Shown here: positions 18,894-28,157 of the stretch, piece by piece
How the letters are laid out: the number at the start of each line of letters is the position of its first letter
Position numbering within the stretch: position 1 is the stretch's first letter
Origin: a bacterium
Lineage (GTDB): Bacteria > Patescibacteriota > Minisyncoccia > Phycocordibacterales > Zambryskibacteraceae
Direction of reading: 5' to 3'
Length of the DNA: 43,921 nt
Assembly (NCBI GenBank): GCA_023266935.1
Contig: JAHFOF010000001.1
Coordinates: forward strand, 103,830 to 147,750
Position numbers and translations under genes: made by a program
The notes under the pieces: model-generated
Databases searched by the model: none
What the model saw: the letters and a program-made list of their open reading frames with translations, nothing else
Told to the model about the DNA's origin: nothing

Positions 18894-19343
18894 ATGTATC
18901 TAAACAAAGCTATTGTTATAGGTAACCTCACTCGAGATCCAGAATTAAAGTCGCTTCCTTCGGGCATTCAAGTTTGTTCGTTTTCTCTTGCTACTAATCG
19001 TGTTTGGAAAGACAAAAATGGTGCGAAGCAAGAATCAGCAGACTATCACAACATCGTAGTGTTCGGTCGACAGGCAGAGACTGCGGGCCAATATCTAAGG
19101 AAAGGCGCTTCAGCTCTTGTTGAAGGACGAATGCAAACACGAAGTTGGGATGCAGCAGATGGCACAAAAAGATATCGCACAGAAATAGTCGCAGACAGAG
19201 TGCAGTTTGGTCCACGTACCTCTGGCGGTGCGAACATGACAAGTGGCCCGTCTAAATCTTCAGCAGATAAAAACGAAGCTCCTCCAATAGACACCATAGA
19301 TTATCCAGAAGAAACCATTAATCCAGAAGATATACCATTCTAA
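18894..19343 (+). CDS. ssb: Single-stranded DNA-binding protein
   Basis: LNKAIVIGNLTRDPE, VEGRMQTRSW, C-terminal EDIPF. Confidence 0.97.
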   Translation: MYLNKAIVIGNLTRDPELKSLPSGIQVCSFSLATNRVWKDKNGAKQESADYHNIVVFGRQAETAGQYLRKGASALVEGRMQTRSWDAADGTKRYRTEIVADRVQFGPRTSGGANMTSGPSKSSADKNEAPPIDTIDYPEETINPEDIPF

Positions 19344-19345
19344 AA

Positions 19346-19549
19346 ATGAAAAAATCAGATTATTTAAAGGAACACAAAATTGATTATGTAGACTACAAAG
19401 ATGTAGATACATTGAAGAAATTTCTCACTCCGCACTCAAGAATTCAGTCCAAAAAGCGTAGTGGTATTTCTTCAAAATCTCAACGAGCCATCTCACTTGC
19501 TATCAAACGTGCAAGGTTTATGGGTTTCCTTCCCTACATCACTCGATAA
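19346..19549 (+). CDS. rpsR: 30S ribosomal protein S18
   Basis: VDYKDVDTLKKF, AIKRARFMGFLPY. Confidence 0.96.
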   Translation: MKKSDYLKEHKIDYVDYKDVDTLKKFLTPHSRIQSKKRSGISSKSQRAISLAIKRARFMGFLPYITR

Positions 19550-19571
19550 CCCCGCCAAGGGCGGGGCGAGT
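19550..19571. repeat. Short palindromic element (family B), intergenic
   Basis: CCCCGCCAAGGGCGGGGCGAGT immediately after the rpsR stop. Confidence 0.75.
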
Positions 19572-19589
19572 CTGGGTTATAATTAAGGA

Positions 19590-19874
19590 ATGAAAATTCC
19601 TTATTCAGTTCAAGGTGCTTTCTTCGCCCCAGCGTTAGTTGGTGTTTTGTTTATTTTAAAAATAACTTGTCCAGTTGGAGCGGGGCAGGGGTGTTTTGCT
19701 GATCCGTTCCTCACACCTGTATTTATGCCGTTGAGTGTTTTATATAAAATTTTTGGCCCAGTTTCATTTTTGATTACTCATGAACCACTTTTTATTCTTC
19801 TTTATTGGATAATCGTGGGTATATTTGTCGGGTTACTTTTTGATATTCTTAAATACGAACAACAGATTAATTAG
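19590..19874 (+). CDS. Small hypothetical membrane protein
   Basis: 94-aa ORF with hydrophobic segments; TATAAT 6 nt before the ATG. Confidence 0.7.
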   Translation: MKIPYSVQGAFFAPALVGVLFILKITCPVGAGQGCFADPFLTPVFMPLSVLYKIFGPVSFLITHEPLFILLYWIIVGIFVGLLFDILKYEQQIN

Positions 19875-20451
19875 TCACTCGATCAGTATATTCTCCGTTG
19901 TCAGTATTTACTCGAATCACGTCTCCTTCTTTTATAAACATAGGGACTTGAATTTCGGCGCCAGTTTCAAGCACGACCATCTTTGAACCGCCTTGGGCAG
20001 TGTTGCCTTTGACCGCAGGATGAGCCTCTGTTACCTTTAGATCCATTTTGATTGGTAGTTTTAAACCAATAATTTTACCCTCATCACTTTTTCCATCGTC
20101 CCAAACCATCGCATCCACAATGGTGTTTGTCTTTAGAAATTTTGAAGCATTACCGATCATCAATTCAGGAAGTTTGAAGCGATTTGAAGCATCCTTAACA
20201 TCGCAGAACCAAAATTCTTTTTTATTTTCATAAAGAAACTTCACTTCTTTTTTAGAAATATCTGCTTCTTCGGCTTTATCTGATACGTGGAACGAATGCT
20301 CCACAATCCGTCCTGTGAGCATGCTACGCATCTTGGTCGCATTCACGGGCTTGCGCTGTTGTTTTCTAAAGACATGAGAGTCTAGAACTTCGTATGGTTC
20401 ATTCTCAAAAACCACATATTTATGTTCGGTAATTTCGTTATATTCAAGCAT
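19867..20451 (-). CDS. efp: Elongation factor P
   Basis: PAVKGNTAQGGSK, LETGAEIQVPMFIKEGDVIRVNT. Confidence 0.93.
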   Translation of the reverse strand: MLEYNEITEHKYVVFENEPYEVLDSHVFRKQQRKPVNATKMRSMLTGRIVEHSFHVSDKAEEADISKKEVKFLYENKKEFWFCDVKDASNRFKLPELMIGNASKFLKTNTIVDAMVWDDGKSDEGKIIGLKLPIKMDLKVTEAHPAVKGNTAQGGSKMVVLETGAEIQVPMFIKEGDVIRVNTDNGEYTDRVTN

Positions 20452-20523
20452 AGTCTGGTTATTCTACGGATTTAAAAGAAGAAGTCAAACCAAGGCTCAA
20501 TACAGCCATTTTTAGTATTTTTC

Positions 20524-20552
20524 TTGACATTAGCTATAATATGTGATAGTAT
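20524..20552 (+). promoter_or_regulatory. Sigma70 promoter
   Basis: TTGACA-17 nt-TAGTAT. Confidence 0.7.
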
Positions 20553-20630
20553 ACATGCGGGCAGTTCCCGAGCAGCGATGCTCAATACACATGTCCGCGA
20601 GGACAATCCCAGCGATGGGAAGGAGAGAAA

Positions 20631-21047
20631 ATGAAGAACACGAACTTAGTTCGGTCACCACTTGCTCTAGGCATCGACAACATCGACTTGATGGCAAATG
20701 ACATCAGGACGGTTGTGGTCAAGATTGCAGTAAACTTGATCGACTTGACGAAAGATTGGTTTGATACAAACAGCTCGTCGAAGATCATGTCAACTGGAGA
20801 GGGGAGCAAGTGGGGATATTTGATGGGTCGAACCATTACCGGACGCAGATATGTCGAGATTTACTACGACAAGACGTGTCTGTTCTCAGCCGGCGGATAT
20901 CATCAACCCAGGCTCGAAGAGGTTGAGCAGATCTTTGCCGATCTGCCGATTTTCGAAAGGGCAATGTGTGGTATCTTCCCCGGGGTTTATTATAAACTCC
21001 GGCCGTTTCTGAAAGCTTCGGGAGACGAGCGAGCCTTTAGTAACTAG
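20631..21047 (+). CDS. Hypothetical protein (stand-alone cassette)
   Basis: AGGAG SD, 138-aa ORF, own promoter and downstream hairpin (21060-21091). Confidence 0.7.
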   Translation: MKNTNLVRSPLALGIDNIDLMANDIRTVVVKIAVNLIDLTKDWFDTNSSSKIMSTGEGSKWGYLMGRTITGRRYVEIYYDKTCLFSAGGYHQPRLEEVEQIFADLPIFERAMCGIFPGVYYKLRPFLKASGDERAFSN

Positions 21048-21108
21048 CCTTACACAGAAAAGCTTCACAGCTTACTATGTGTGGGGCTTTTCTATTTTAA
21101 TAAAATTA

Positions 21109-21136
21109 TTGACAATAAAAACATTAGGTATAGAAT
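21109..21136 (+). promoter_or_regulatory. Sigma70 promoter upstream of a non-coding structured region
   Basis: TTGACA-16 nt-TAGAAT. Confidence 0.65.
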
Positions 21137-21142
21137 CAAACC

Positions 21143-21370
21143 AGAATCAGTTCATGCTCTGGGGGAAGTCGAGTCAAGCTCTGACCGCCTTGGGAGGCAA
21201 TGTTCGGTCATTGAGTTCCGACTTACCAAACCGTGAGTGATGTAGTCTTCCTCATGCGTCCTCCAGAGCACCAAAAATAATCTCTCGAATCATAGAGAGA
21301 GCAATACAATAGGATTCATAAGAATCCAAATCTTCAAAACCCGCGCCTTCATGGTAGCGGGTTGCTTTTT
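21143..21370 (+). ncRNA. Candidate structured ncRNA, family unassigned
   Basis: Closing stem 21155-21166/21259-21270, two internal arms, further hairpins and a terminator AACCCGC/GCGGGTT plus T-tract. No convincing ORF. Confidence 0.55.
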
Positions 21371-22395
21371 TATTCTCTTAATTTTGCTTTGATTTCCTTT
21401 AGAATTTCGTTTGAAACTTTTTTGTTTTCTCGAAGAAAGATTCGGGTAGCGTCGTATCCACGACCAAGTTTCTCGTCTCCGTATTCGTATGAATTTCCAG
21501 ATTTTTTTACAATGCCGTATTTTTCTCCAAGAGCGATTAGTTCTCCTTCACGAGAAATTCCTTCGTTGTACATCAAATCAAATTCAGTTTGTTTGAACGG
21601 AGCAGCGACTTTGTTCTTTACTACCTTTACACGAATTCTACCGCCCATCACTTCTTCACCCTTTTTAATTTGTGCGATACGTCTGATGTCGAGTCGAACA
21701 GAAGTATAGAACTTTAAAGCCTTGCCTCCAGGAGTAGTTTCTGGATTTCCAAACATCACTCCAATTTGCATTCTGATTTGGTTTATAAATATGACAATAG
21801 TTTTTGAACGAGCGACTATAGCAGTAAGTTTACGAAGAGCCTGACTCATTAATCTGGCTTGCTTACCAACATGATGCGCGCCCATGTCTCCCTCTATTTC
21901 ATCTTTAGGAGTTAGCGCAGCCACAGAATCTATGACTATTACATCCATTTTGCCTGAACGAACGAGTGATTCTACAATTTCCAAGGCTTGTTCGCCTGTA
22001 TCTGGTTGAGAAATGAGTAGTTCGTCTATTTTTACTCCAAGCCGTTTTGAATATTCTGGGTCCATCGCATGTTCAGCATCTATAAACGCACAGATACCAC
22101 CGAGTTTTTGAGCTTCGGCTATAACATGAAGAGAGAGGGTGGTCTTACCAGAAGATTCTGGTCCGAATATCTCTATGATTCGTCCACGAGGTAATCCTCC
22201 GACACCCAAAGCTTCATCAAGACCGATTGAACCAGTCGAGATGGCATCGACACCCACCCTAGGTTTGGCTCCAAGCATCATGATTGAATCCTCTCCAAAC
22301 TTCATCTTTATAGCATCAAGTGTGGCGTCAATATTCTTGGATTCATTTCTTTCGCCCATAGTTTTCAGAACGATTTCTTTTTTATTTTTTTTCAT
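21370..22395 (-). CDS. recA: Recombinase RecA
   Basis: [45 protein letters not shown]. Confidence 0.99.
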   Translation of the reverse strand: MKKNKKEIVLKTMGERNESKNIDATLDAIKMKFGEDSIMMLGAKPRVGVDAISTGSIGLDEALGVGGLPRGRIIEIFGPESSGKTTLSLHVIAEAQKLGGICAFIDAEHAMDPEYSKRLGVKIDELLISQPDTGEQALEIVESLVRSGKMDVIVIDSVAALTPKDEIEGDMGAHHVGKQARLMSQALRKLTAIVARSKTIVIFINQIRMQIGVMFGNPETTPGGKALKFYTSVRLDIRRIAQIKKGEEVMGGRIRVKVVKNKVAAPFKQTEFDLMYNEGISREGELIALGEKYGIVKKSGNSYEYGDEKLGRGYDATRIFLRENKKVSNEILKEIKAKLRE

Positions 22396-22399
22396 GTCG

Positions 22400-22744
22400 T
22401 TAATTTACCATTATTTCAATTTGTTTTTCTGTACTTCTGCCGAACCGATCTTTGGCTCGAACGGTCATTATACTAAGTCCTTCTGGGGCTATCAATTTTT
22501 CGTTCCAATTACCATTTTTATCCACAAAGATCGGCCTATCATTCAAACTAATATATGCGATATTTGTGGCCTTGCCAGACACCATGACGACCGACGAAGG
22601 TAAGGAAGCGCCGTTTGTGGGGGAGTAAACCTTCAAAGACGGACCGAAGATAACATAACGAGCTTGAAAAACAGAATAAAGTCCGATAAGAACAAATAAA
22701 CTAATAAAGAAATACTGTTTAGGTGATAAATTTATTTTTTTCAT
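22400..22744 (-). CDS. Hypothetical membrane-anchored Ig-like domain protein
   Basis: N-terminal TM helix, then [28 protein letters not shown] pattern. Confidence 0.7.
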   Translation of the reverse strand: MKKINLSPKQYFFISLFVLIGLYSVFQARYVIFGPSLKVYSPTNGASLPSSVVMVSGKATNIAYISLNDRPIFVDKNGNWNEKLIAPEGLSIMTVRAKDRFGRSTEKQIEIMVN

Positions 22745-24948
22745 AATTCTTCATGTGTTTCTAAAAGTTCATCTGCTTCCGAATCCAAATTACTGTGTGA
22801 TCCGGTGAAGCCTATAACTTCTCGAGCTTTGGCTCCAGAACCTGGGCCGACCACACCCTTTTCTTCTAACATGTCTATTAACCTTGCTGCTCGAGCATAA
22901 CCCACACGAAGTTTTCTTTGGAGGAAAGAAGTAGAGGCTTTGCCAGCACTCATGACGATTTCCCGAGCTTCCTCATACAATTCATCATCGTCTCCGTTTG
23001 CATCGTCTCCTAGATTGGCGGAGAAAATAGAATTGTCCACTTGGCCATTTGAGAAATCGATTTGAGGATTCAATTCTTCCATATAAGCATTAGATAGATA
23101 CTTCACAACTCCTTTTACTTCACCCTCAGAGATATAGGCAGATTGGATACGTTCTGGTTTGGACATTTCTCCACCGAGGAAAAGCATGTCTCCTGCTCCT
23201 AACAGTTTTTCTGCACCTGCTCCATCAAGAATAGTTCGGGAATCAATTTGAGAAGAAACTTGAAGGGCGATACGAGCAGGAATGTTGGCTTTGATTAACC
23301 CCGTGATGATGTTGACCGAAGGGCGTTGGGTAGAAATAATAAGATGGATACCAACTGCTCTAGACATTTGAGCTAAACGGACGATGGCCGATTCAAGTTC
23401 GCGCGGATAAGATTGCATCAAATCTGCCAACTCATCGATGATTACTACGATATAAGGCATTGGATCCAAGTCTTCCTCATCAGCGTTTTTTGTTTTCTTG
23501 ATGGTTGGTAAGAGAATGTTTTTATGATAAGAATCAATATCCCGAACAGTGTTTTCTTCCAGAATGTTGTACCGACGTTCCATTTCTTTCGAAGCCCATT
23601 TTAGAGCAAGGATAGCTTTCTTTGGATCGGTAATAACAGGGGTGAGAAGGTGAGGAATTTTGTTGTATTGAGTGAGCTCGACTCTTTTTGGGTCGATCAT
23701 GATGAATTTTAAATTTTCTGGAGGATTTCTAAACAAAAGAGAATTAATGATGGCATGAATAGTGACAGATTTTCCTGAACCAGTAGCTCCGGCTACCAAA
23801 CAGTGGGGCATCTTGGCAATATTGGCGAAACGAGACTGGCCAGAAACGTTGCGTCCGAGGCAAACTAAAAGTGGTTTATCAGAATCTGCATATTCCGGTT
23901 CGGTTAGTAGAGAACCAAGGCCGATAGTAGCTTTAGAGGTATTTGGTACTTCTATACCCACCAAAGATTTTCCAGGAATAGGTGCTTCAATACGAACGGG
24001 GTGAGCGGCAAGAGCGAGTTCAAGATTGTTTTGCAAACCTAATATTTTTGAAAGCTTCACTCCCTCTGCAGGTTTAAGAGAATAACGAGTGACCGAAGGC
24101 CCGATAGATATTTCATCCATCTCTACTACAATGCCGAAATTTAAAAGAGTGCGTTTAATTTGGTTAGCATTAGCTTTGATGTCTCCCACGCCCGGCTTAC
24201 CTCTATCCTTGTCGAGCAAAGAGAGTGGGGGAGGAACCCATGCCCTTCCTAATCTCTTGGTAATCATGGGGATGAATCCTTCCATTTCGTCTCGATTGAA
24301 TAATTTTTTTGTAGCGCCAGCAATATTTTTTTCAGTACCCTTAATTTCCTCTGAATGAGCCACCTTTTCTACAGCCTTTTCTACTTCTTCACTTTCATCT
24401 TCTTCTAATGAATCCAACGGTTGATCTTTTTTCCCAAAAATTCTTTTAAAAAGAAATATTAAATCAAATTTGATTCTTTGGTCGAAAACTACCAAAAGTG
24501 AAATCAAGATAAGAGCGATAAGAATGATTATGGAAAGAGGTTTGTCAAAAAGAGAAATAAGAGGGGAAGAAATAAATCCTCCGATGATTCCACCTCGATC
24601 AACCGCGAGTAGATTTGTTAGACCAAGTGAAGACACAAAGAAAAGTAGAGCCCCGATAGTTTGGGGAAGAGCGAAATCTTTTTCTTTTGATTGAAAGAAA
24701 GAAACGGCCAAAAGGGCAAAAACCAAAGGTACCAGATAATATCCAACTCCAAAAAGATATGAAAGGAAAGTATAAACACCGCTACCGACCATGCCCCCCT
24801 TACCAAACGCAGCAGAAAGCAAGAAAACTGTTATAAGAGAAGAAAGGACGCCCAGGATAGCATTCAGTGTTTCCTTAGAAATTCGTTCAAAAAATGAAGG
24901 TTTTTCACTCTCTAATCCGTGTTGTTTTTTCTTCGATTTTTTGCTCAT
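22741..24948 (-). CDS. ftsK: DNA translocase FtsK/SpoIIIE
   Basis: N-terminal TM helices, GATGSGKS, IDPKRVEL, IDELADLM, STQRPSV, gamma domain LQRKLRVGYARAARLID. Confidence 0.97.
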   Translation of the reverse strand: MSKKSKKKQHGLESEKPSFFERISKETLNAILGVLSSLITVFLLSAAFGKGGMVGSGVYTFLSYLFGVGYYLVPLVFALLAVSFFQSKEKDFALPQTIGALLFFVSSLGLTNLLAVDRGGIIGGFISSPLISLFDKPLSIIILIALILISLLVVFDQRIKFDLIFLFKRIFGKKDQPLDSLEEDESEEVEKAVEKVAHSEEIKGTEKNIAGATKKLFNRDEMEGFIPMITKRLGRAWVPPPLSLLDKDRGKPGVGDIKANANQIKRTLLNFGIVVEMDEISIGPSVTRYSLKPAEGVKLSKILGLQNNLELALAAHPVRIEAPIPGKSLVGIEVPNTSKATIGLGSLLTEPEYADSDKPLLVCLGRNVSGQSRFANIAKMPHCLVAGATGSGKSVTIHAIINSLLFRNPPENLKFIMIDPKRVELTQYNKIPHLLTPVITDPKKAILALKWASKEMERRYNILEENTVRDIDSYHKNILLPTIKKTKNADEEDLDPMPYIVVIIDELADLMQSYPRELESAIVRLAQMSRAVGIHLIISTQRPSVNIITGLIKANIPARIALQVSSQIDSRTILDGAGAEKLLGAGDMLFLGGEMSKPERIQSAYISEGEVKGVVKYLSNAYMEELNPQIDFSNGQVDNSIFSANLGDDANGDDDELYEEAREIVMSAGKASTSFLQRKLRVGYARAARLIDMLEEKGVVGPGSGAKAREVIGFTGSHSNLDSEADELLETHEEL

Positions 24949-25003
24949 TTTAGGGCTTCTTTATTGACTAATTATATCACACGACTTTTAATTAAATTTT
25001 CCT

Positions 25004-25082
25004 ATTGCAATCTTTGTCCCTGATGTCTTATAATGTCAGGGACTTGCAATAAAGGACAAAGTGTGGTAGTTTATATAGGACA
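25004..25082. promoter_or_regulatory. Dyad/operator-like region between divergent ftsK and HTH gene
   Basis: Inverted pairs GTCCCTGA/TCAGGGAC, ATTGCAA/TTGCAAT and CTTTGTCC/GGACAAAG; TAAAGGACA motif. Confidence 0.55.
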
Positions 25083-25819
25083 TGTTAAAGACAGAAATAT
25101 TAAAAAAGACAGAAAAAATTGTCTCAGCAGTGTATCTTATTACCAGCTTTTTCGACGACAAAGAACCCTTAAAATGGAAGCTAAGAACTCTTGGTTCGAA
25201 TCTTCTGTCAGCATCTATTTTTGTAAAGGACAATCCTCCATCTGTTAGCGACAGGGCAGTGGTCGACATTCAAAACACTATCCTTGAAATTGATAGTCTT
25301 TTTCTAATTGCCAAACGAACCAGTTTGGTTTCAGAAATGAATCATGAAATTCTTTCTCATGAATTAAATAAATTTATTAATTCTATTTCTGATCCAACTC
25401 GAATCTTCGAAGAGACTAGACAGGGCCTTCTCTCAAAAGATTTTTTCGGTTCTAGTATTTCTGACAATTCATACATTTCTGAATTTAAAAAAAGCCCAAA
25501 CATAAAGGACAAAAATGAAGAAATCAAACAAATTGATAAAGGACACAAAATAGAAGAAGGATTGCTTCCAGCAGTGAATATCAAAACTGAATCGAAAGAT
25601 TTAAAGGATTATAGTGTTGTGGCAGTAAAGAAAAACACTAGACAGAGCATCATAATTAACCTTTTAAAGCGAAAAAAAGAGATCATGATAAAAGATGTTT
25701 CGCCCCTCATAGACGGATGTAGTGAGAAAACAATTCAGAGAGAATTAATGGCTATGGTTCATAGTGGAACACTCAGAAAAACAGGGGAAAAACGTTGGAG
25801 CAGATATTCCTTGGCTTAA
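25082..25819 (+). CDS. Hypothetical protein with C-terminal DeoR-like winged HTH
   Basis: RQSIIINLLKRKKEIMIKDVSPLIDGCSEKTIQRELMAMVHSGTLRKTGEKRWSRY; helical N-terminal domain. Confidence 0.75.
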   Translation: MLKTEILKKTEKIVSAVYLITSFFDDKEPLKWKLRTLGSNLLSASIFVKDNPPSVSDRAVVDIQNTILEIDSLFLIAKRTSLVSEMNHEILSHELNKFINSISDPTRIFEETRQGLLSKDFFGSSISDNSYISEFKKSPNIKDKNEEIKQIDKGHKIEEGLLPAVNIKTESKDLKDYSVVAVKKNTRQSIIINLLKRKKEIMIKDVSPLIDGCSEKTIQRELMAMVHSGTLRKTGEKRWSRYSLA

Positions 25820-26037
25820 CACTAGAAATGGTCAAGATTGACTCTAAATAGCCATTCCTATATACTGAATCCCAGTTATCCACAGCGTTTATGGGGTATT
25901 TGCCTTATAATATGTGGGTGCAGATTATCAGCTTGCCGACGAAGGCTTATCCGTCGTCGGCAATTAATACCCGTATTGCAACCCCGCAATATTAATAGTT
26001 ATGGGGAAGCAAATGCGCATTAAAATTAAATTATAAA

Positions 26038-27969
26038 ATGTTAAGAACACGAAACGCACGATTTGTAGCCGCTTTCACAGGAGCAGCTTTTGCTATTGCT
26101 TCGTTTGCTCCAGTAGCAAGCGCCGCAACAGTAGCTGAACTTCAGGCTCAAATCAACGCACTTATGGCGCAACTCAGCTCAATGAGCGGAGGTTCGTCAG
26201 CATCAGCAACTTTCAACGCCGACCTTACACTCGGTAGCAAGGGTGCAGATGTTACAGCACTTCAGAACTGGCTCATCAGCAAGGGTCAATCAATCCCTGC
26301 AGGTGCCACTGGTTACTTCGGTGCTCAGACAAAGGCAGCAGTTATGGCATGGCAAGCAGCATCTGGAATTTCTCCAGCAGCTGGTTACTTTGGACCAAAG
26401 TCCAGAGCAGCAGCTAATGCAGGCGGTGCTTCTACAACTGGCGGTACAACCTCAACCACTTCAACTGGTTCAGCAGGTATCACTACTCCAGGAGCAGAAG
26501 GTATCCTTTCTGTAACTACTGGCCCAGTACCTAACAACACTGTTTACGCGGGTGATCATCAGGACGGAGTCCTCGTCTTCCAGGCGAAGGCCCTCAGCTC
26601 TGACATCGCACTTCAGCGTGTACAAGTTGACCTCGGTACAAACACTACGATCTATAACAAGATCTTCTCGACACTCTACGTAGTTGATGATGCAGGACGT
26701 GTCCTCGCTTCTACTCCGTTGAACTCGACAACAGTGTCAAAGAGCGGTTCAAACTACTTTGTAACCATCACTGGTTTCAGCTCAGTAGTTCCAAAGAACA
26801 TGACTCGTAACTACACCGTTGCAGCTGATCTTTATCCTTCTATAGACACTACTTACCGAACTTCATACACAGTTGGTATCCAAGCAAATGGTATCCGCGG
26901 TGTTGATGGCGCAGGTATAGATCTATACGCAGGTGCAGGTGGACCACTTCCAACAGCTGAAACTCTCAGCAACACAATATTGGTAAGTGCAAACTTGACT
27001 GATAGCGCAGCTATGACCTTCTCAACCAACTCAGCAACACCTCTTCTTCAAGAAGTTATTGCTGCAGATGGTGCTTCTCTAAACCAGAAGGACAAGGTAG
27101 CAATGCTCGTGTTTGATGTTCGTGCAACATCAGACGATGTAACCATCACTGACCTCACCACTACTACAACAGTATCTGGTGGAGTTGCTTCAGCTTCATC
27201 AACTTACCTCTATGCCGGCAACGGTACTTCAGGTACTTTGATTAACTCAGCTACAGCGGTTACAGCTACAGGAGTTGCAACATTCTCTACTATCAACCAA
27301 GTGGTTCCAAAGAACACTACAAAGACGTTCACCATTGCGGCAGATATACGAGGAGCAACTTCAGCTAGAACAACCTTCGGAGTTTCAGTTACATCCATCA
27401 CAGCTCAAAGCTCAACTGGTACAACTGTAGTTCCTACAGGTTCAGCAACATCAAACAGCTTCTACGTTCGAAACATTGGTCCCGTCTTCACTCTCGTAGG
27501 TACTCCTTCGATTATGAAGTCGTTGACCGCAGGAGGAGTTAGTGGATACTCTACTTCAACCTTGAGTTCAACTTTCGTAGTTAACATTCAAGCTCTTGGT
27601 TCTGCTATCTCATTCCCAACACAGGCAGCTTCATCAACCTTCGGTACTCGTTTGTACCAAGGAGGTGCAGTTGACGTACAAGCTGTGTCTTCAACAACCA
27701 GCTTCATCATTCCTTCAAATGGAATTGTGACAACAGGTCTTCCAGGTAACATGGCATTCCAACTTGCTCAGAACAACTCTGTTCAAGTTACTGTCAATGT
27801 CTACACAGAAGGTCGTATCACAGCAGGTGGAGCACAGGTTACTGGAGCTTCTTACGCAGTTGGTCTTGATAACATCATCTGGTCATCAGATGCTGGATTC
27901 ACCCAAAACGTATCTAACTTCATGAGAGGTAAGACAAACTGGCAAACAGCTTCAGTACAGCTTCCATAA
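26038..27969 (+). CDS. Secreted peptidoglycan-binding-domain protein, probable surface-layer protein
   Basis: Signal peptide ending ASA-A, PG_binding_1-like LTLGSKGADVTALQNWL...GYFGAQTKAAVMAWQ, very Ser/Thr/Ala/Gly-rich, strongly biased codon usage. Confidence 0.8.
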   Translation: MLRTRNARFVAAFTGAAFAIASFAPVASAATVAELQAQINALMAQLSSMSGGSSASATFNADLTLGSKGADVTALQNWLISKGQSIPAGATGYFGAQTKAAVMAWQAASGISPAAGYFGPKSRAAANAGGASTTGGTTSTTSTGSAGITTPGAEGILSVTTGPVPNNTVYAGDHQDGVLVFQAKALSSDIALQRVQVDLGTNTTIYNKIFSTLYVVDDAGRVLASTPLNSTTVSKSGSNYFVTITGFSSVVPKNMTRNYTVAADLYPSIDTTYRTSYTVGIQANGIRGVDGAGIDLYAGAGGPLPTAETLSNTILVSANLTDSAAMTFSTNSATPLLQEVIAADGASLNQKDKVAMLVFDVRATSDDVTITDLTTTTTVSGGVASASSTYLYAGNGTSGTLINSATAVTATGVATFSTINQVVPKNTTKTFTIAADIRGATSARTTFGVSVTSITAQSSTGTTVVPTGSATSNSFYVRNIGPVFTLVGTPSIMKSLTAGGVSGYSTSTLSSTFVVNIQALGSAISFPTQAASSTFGTRLYQGGAVDVQAVSSTTSFIIPSNGIVTTGLPGNMAFQLAQNNSVQVTVNVYTEGRITAGGAQVTGASYAVGLDNIIWSSDAGFTQNVSNFMRGKTNWQTASVQLP

Positions 27970-28018
27970 TCTACGGATTATAAAGCAACTGATCCCGACC
28001 TTCGGGTCTGGAAGTTTC

Positions 28019-28044
28019 AAAAACACCCCTTCGGGGGTGTTTTT
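28019..28044 (+). terminator. Intrinsic terminator
   Basis: AAAAACACCCC-TTCG-GGGGTGTTTTT. Confidence 0.85.
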
Positions 28045-28061
28045 GTTATACTTAATTACGT

Positions 28062-28157
28062 ATGAAATATTTTGATAAGACCTTTTTTAAATTTCTGTTC
28101 GCTTTTATTTGTTTATTGGTTTTGAGTTTTGGAATAATTATTTATGCTCGCGGATAG
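28062..28157 (+). CDS. Small membrane peptide (31 aa), below ORF-track cutoff
   Basis: MKYFDKTFFKFLFAFICLLVLSFGIIIYARG*. TATACT 9 nt upstream; its end overlaps the next start. Confidence 0.55.
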   Translation: MKYFDKTFFKFLFAFICLLVLSFGIIIYARG

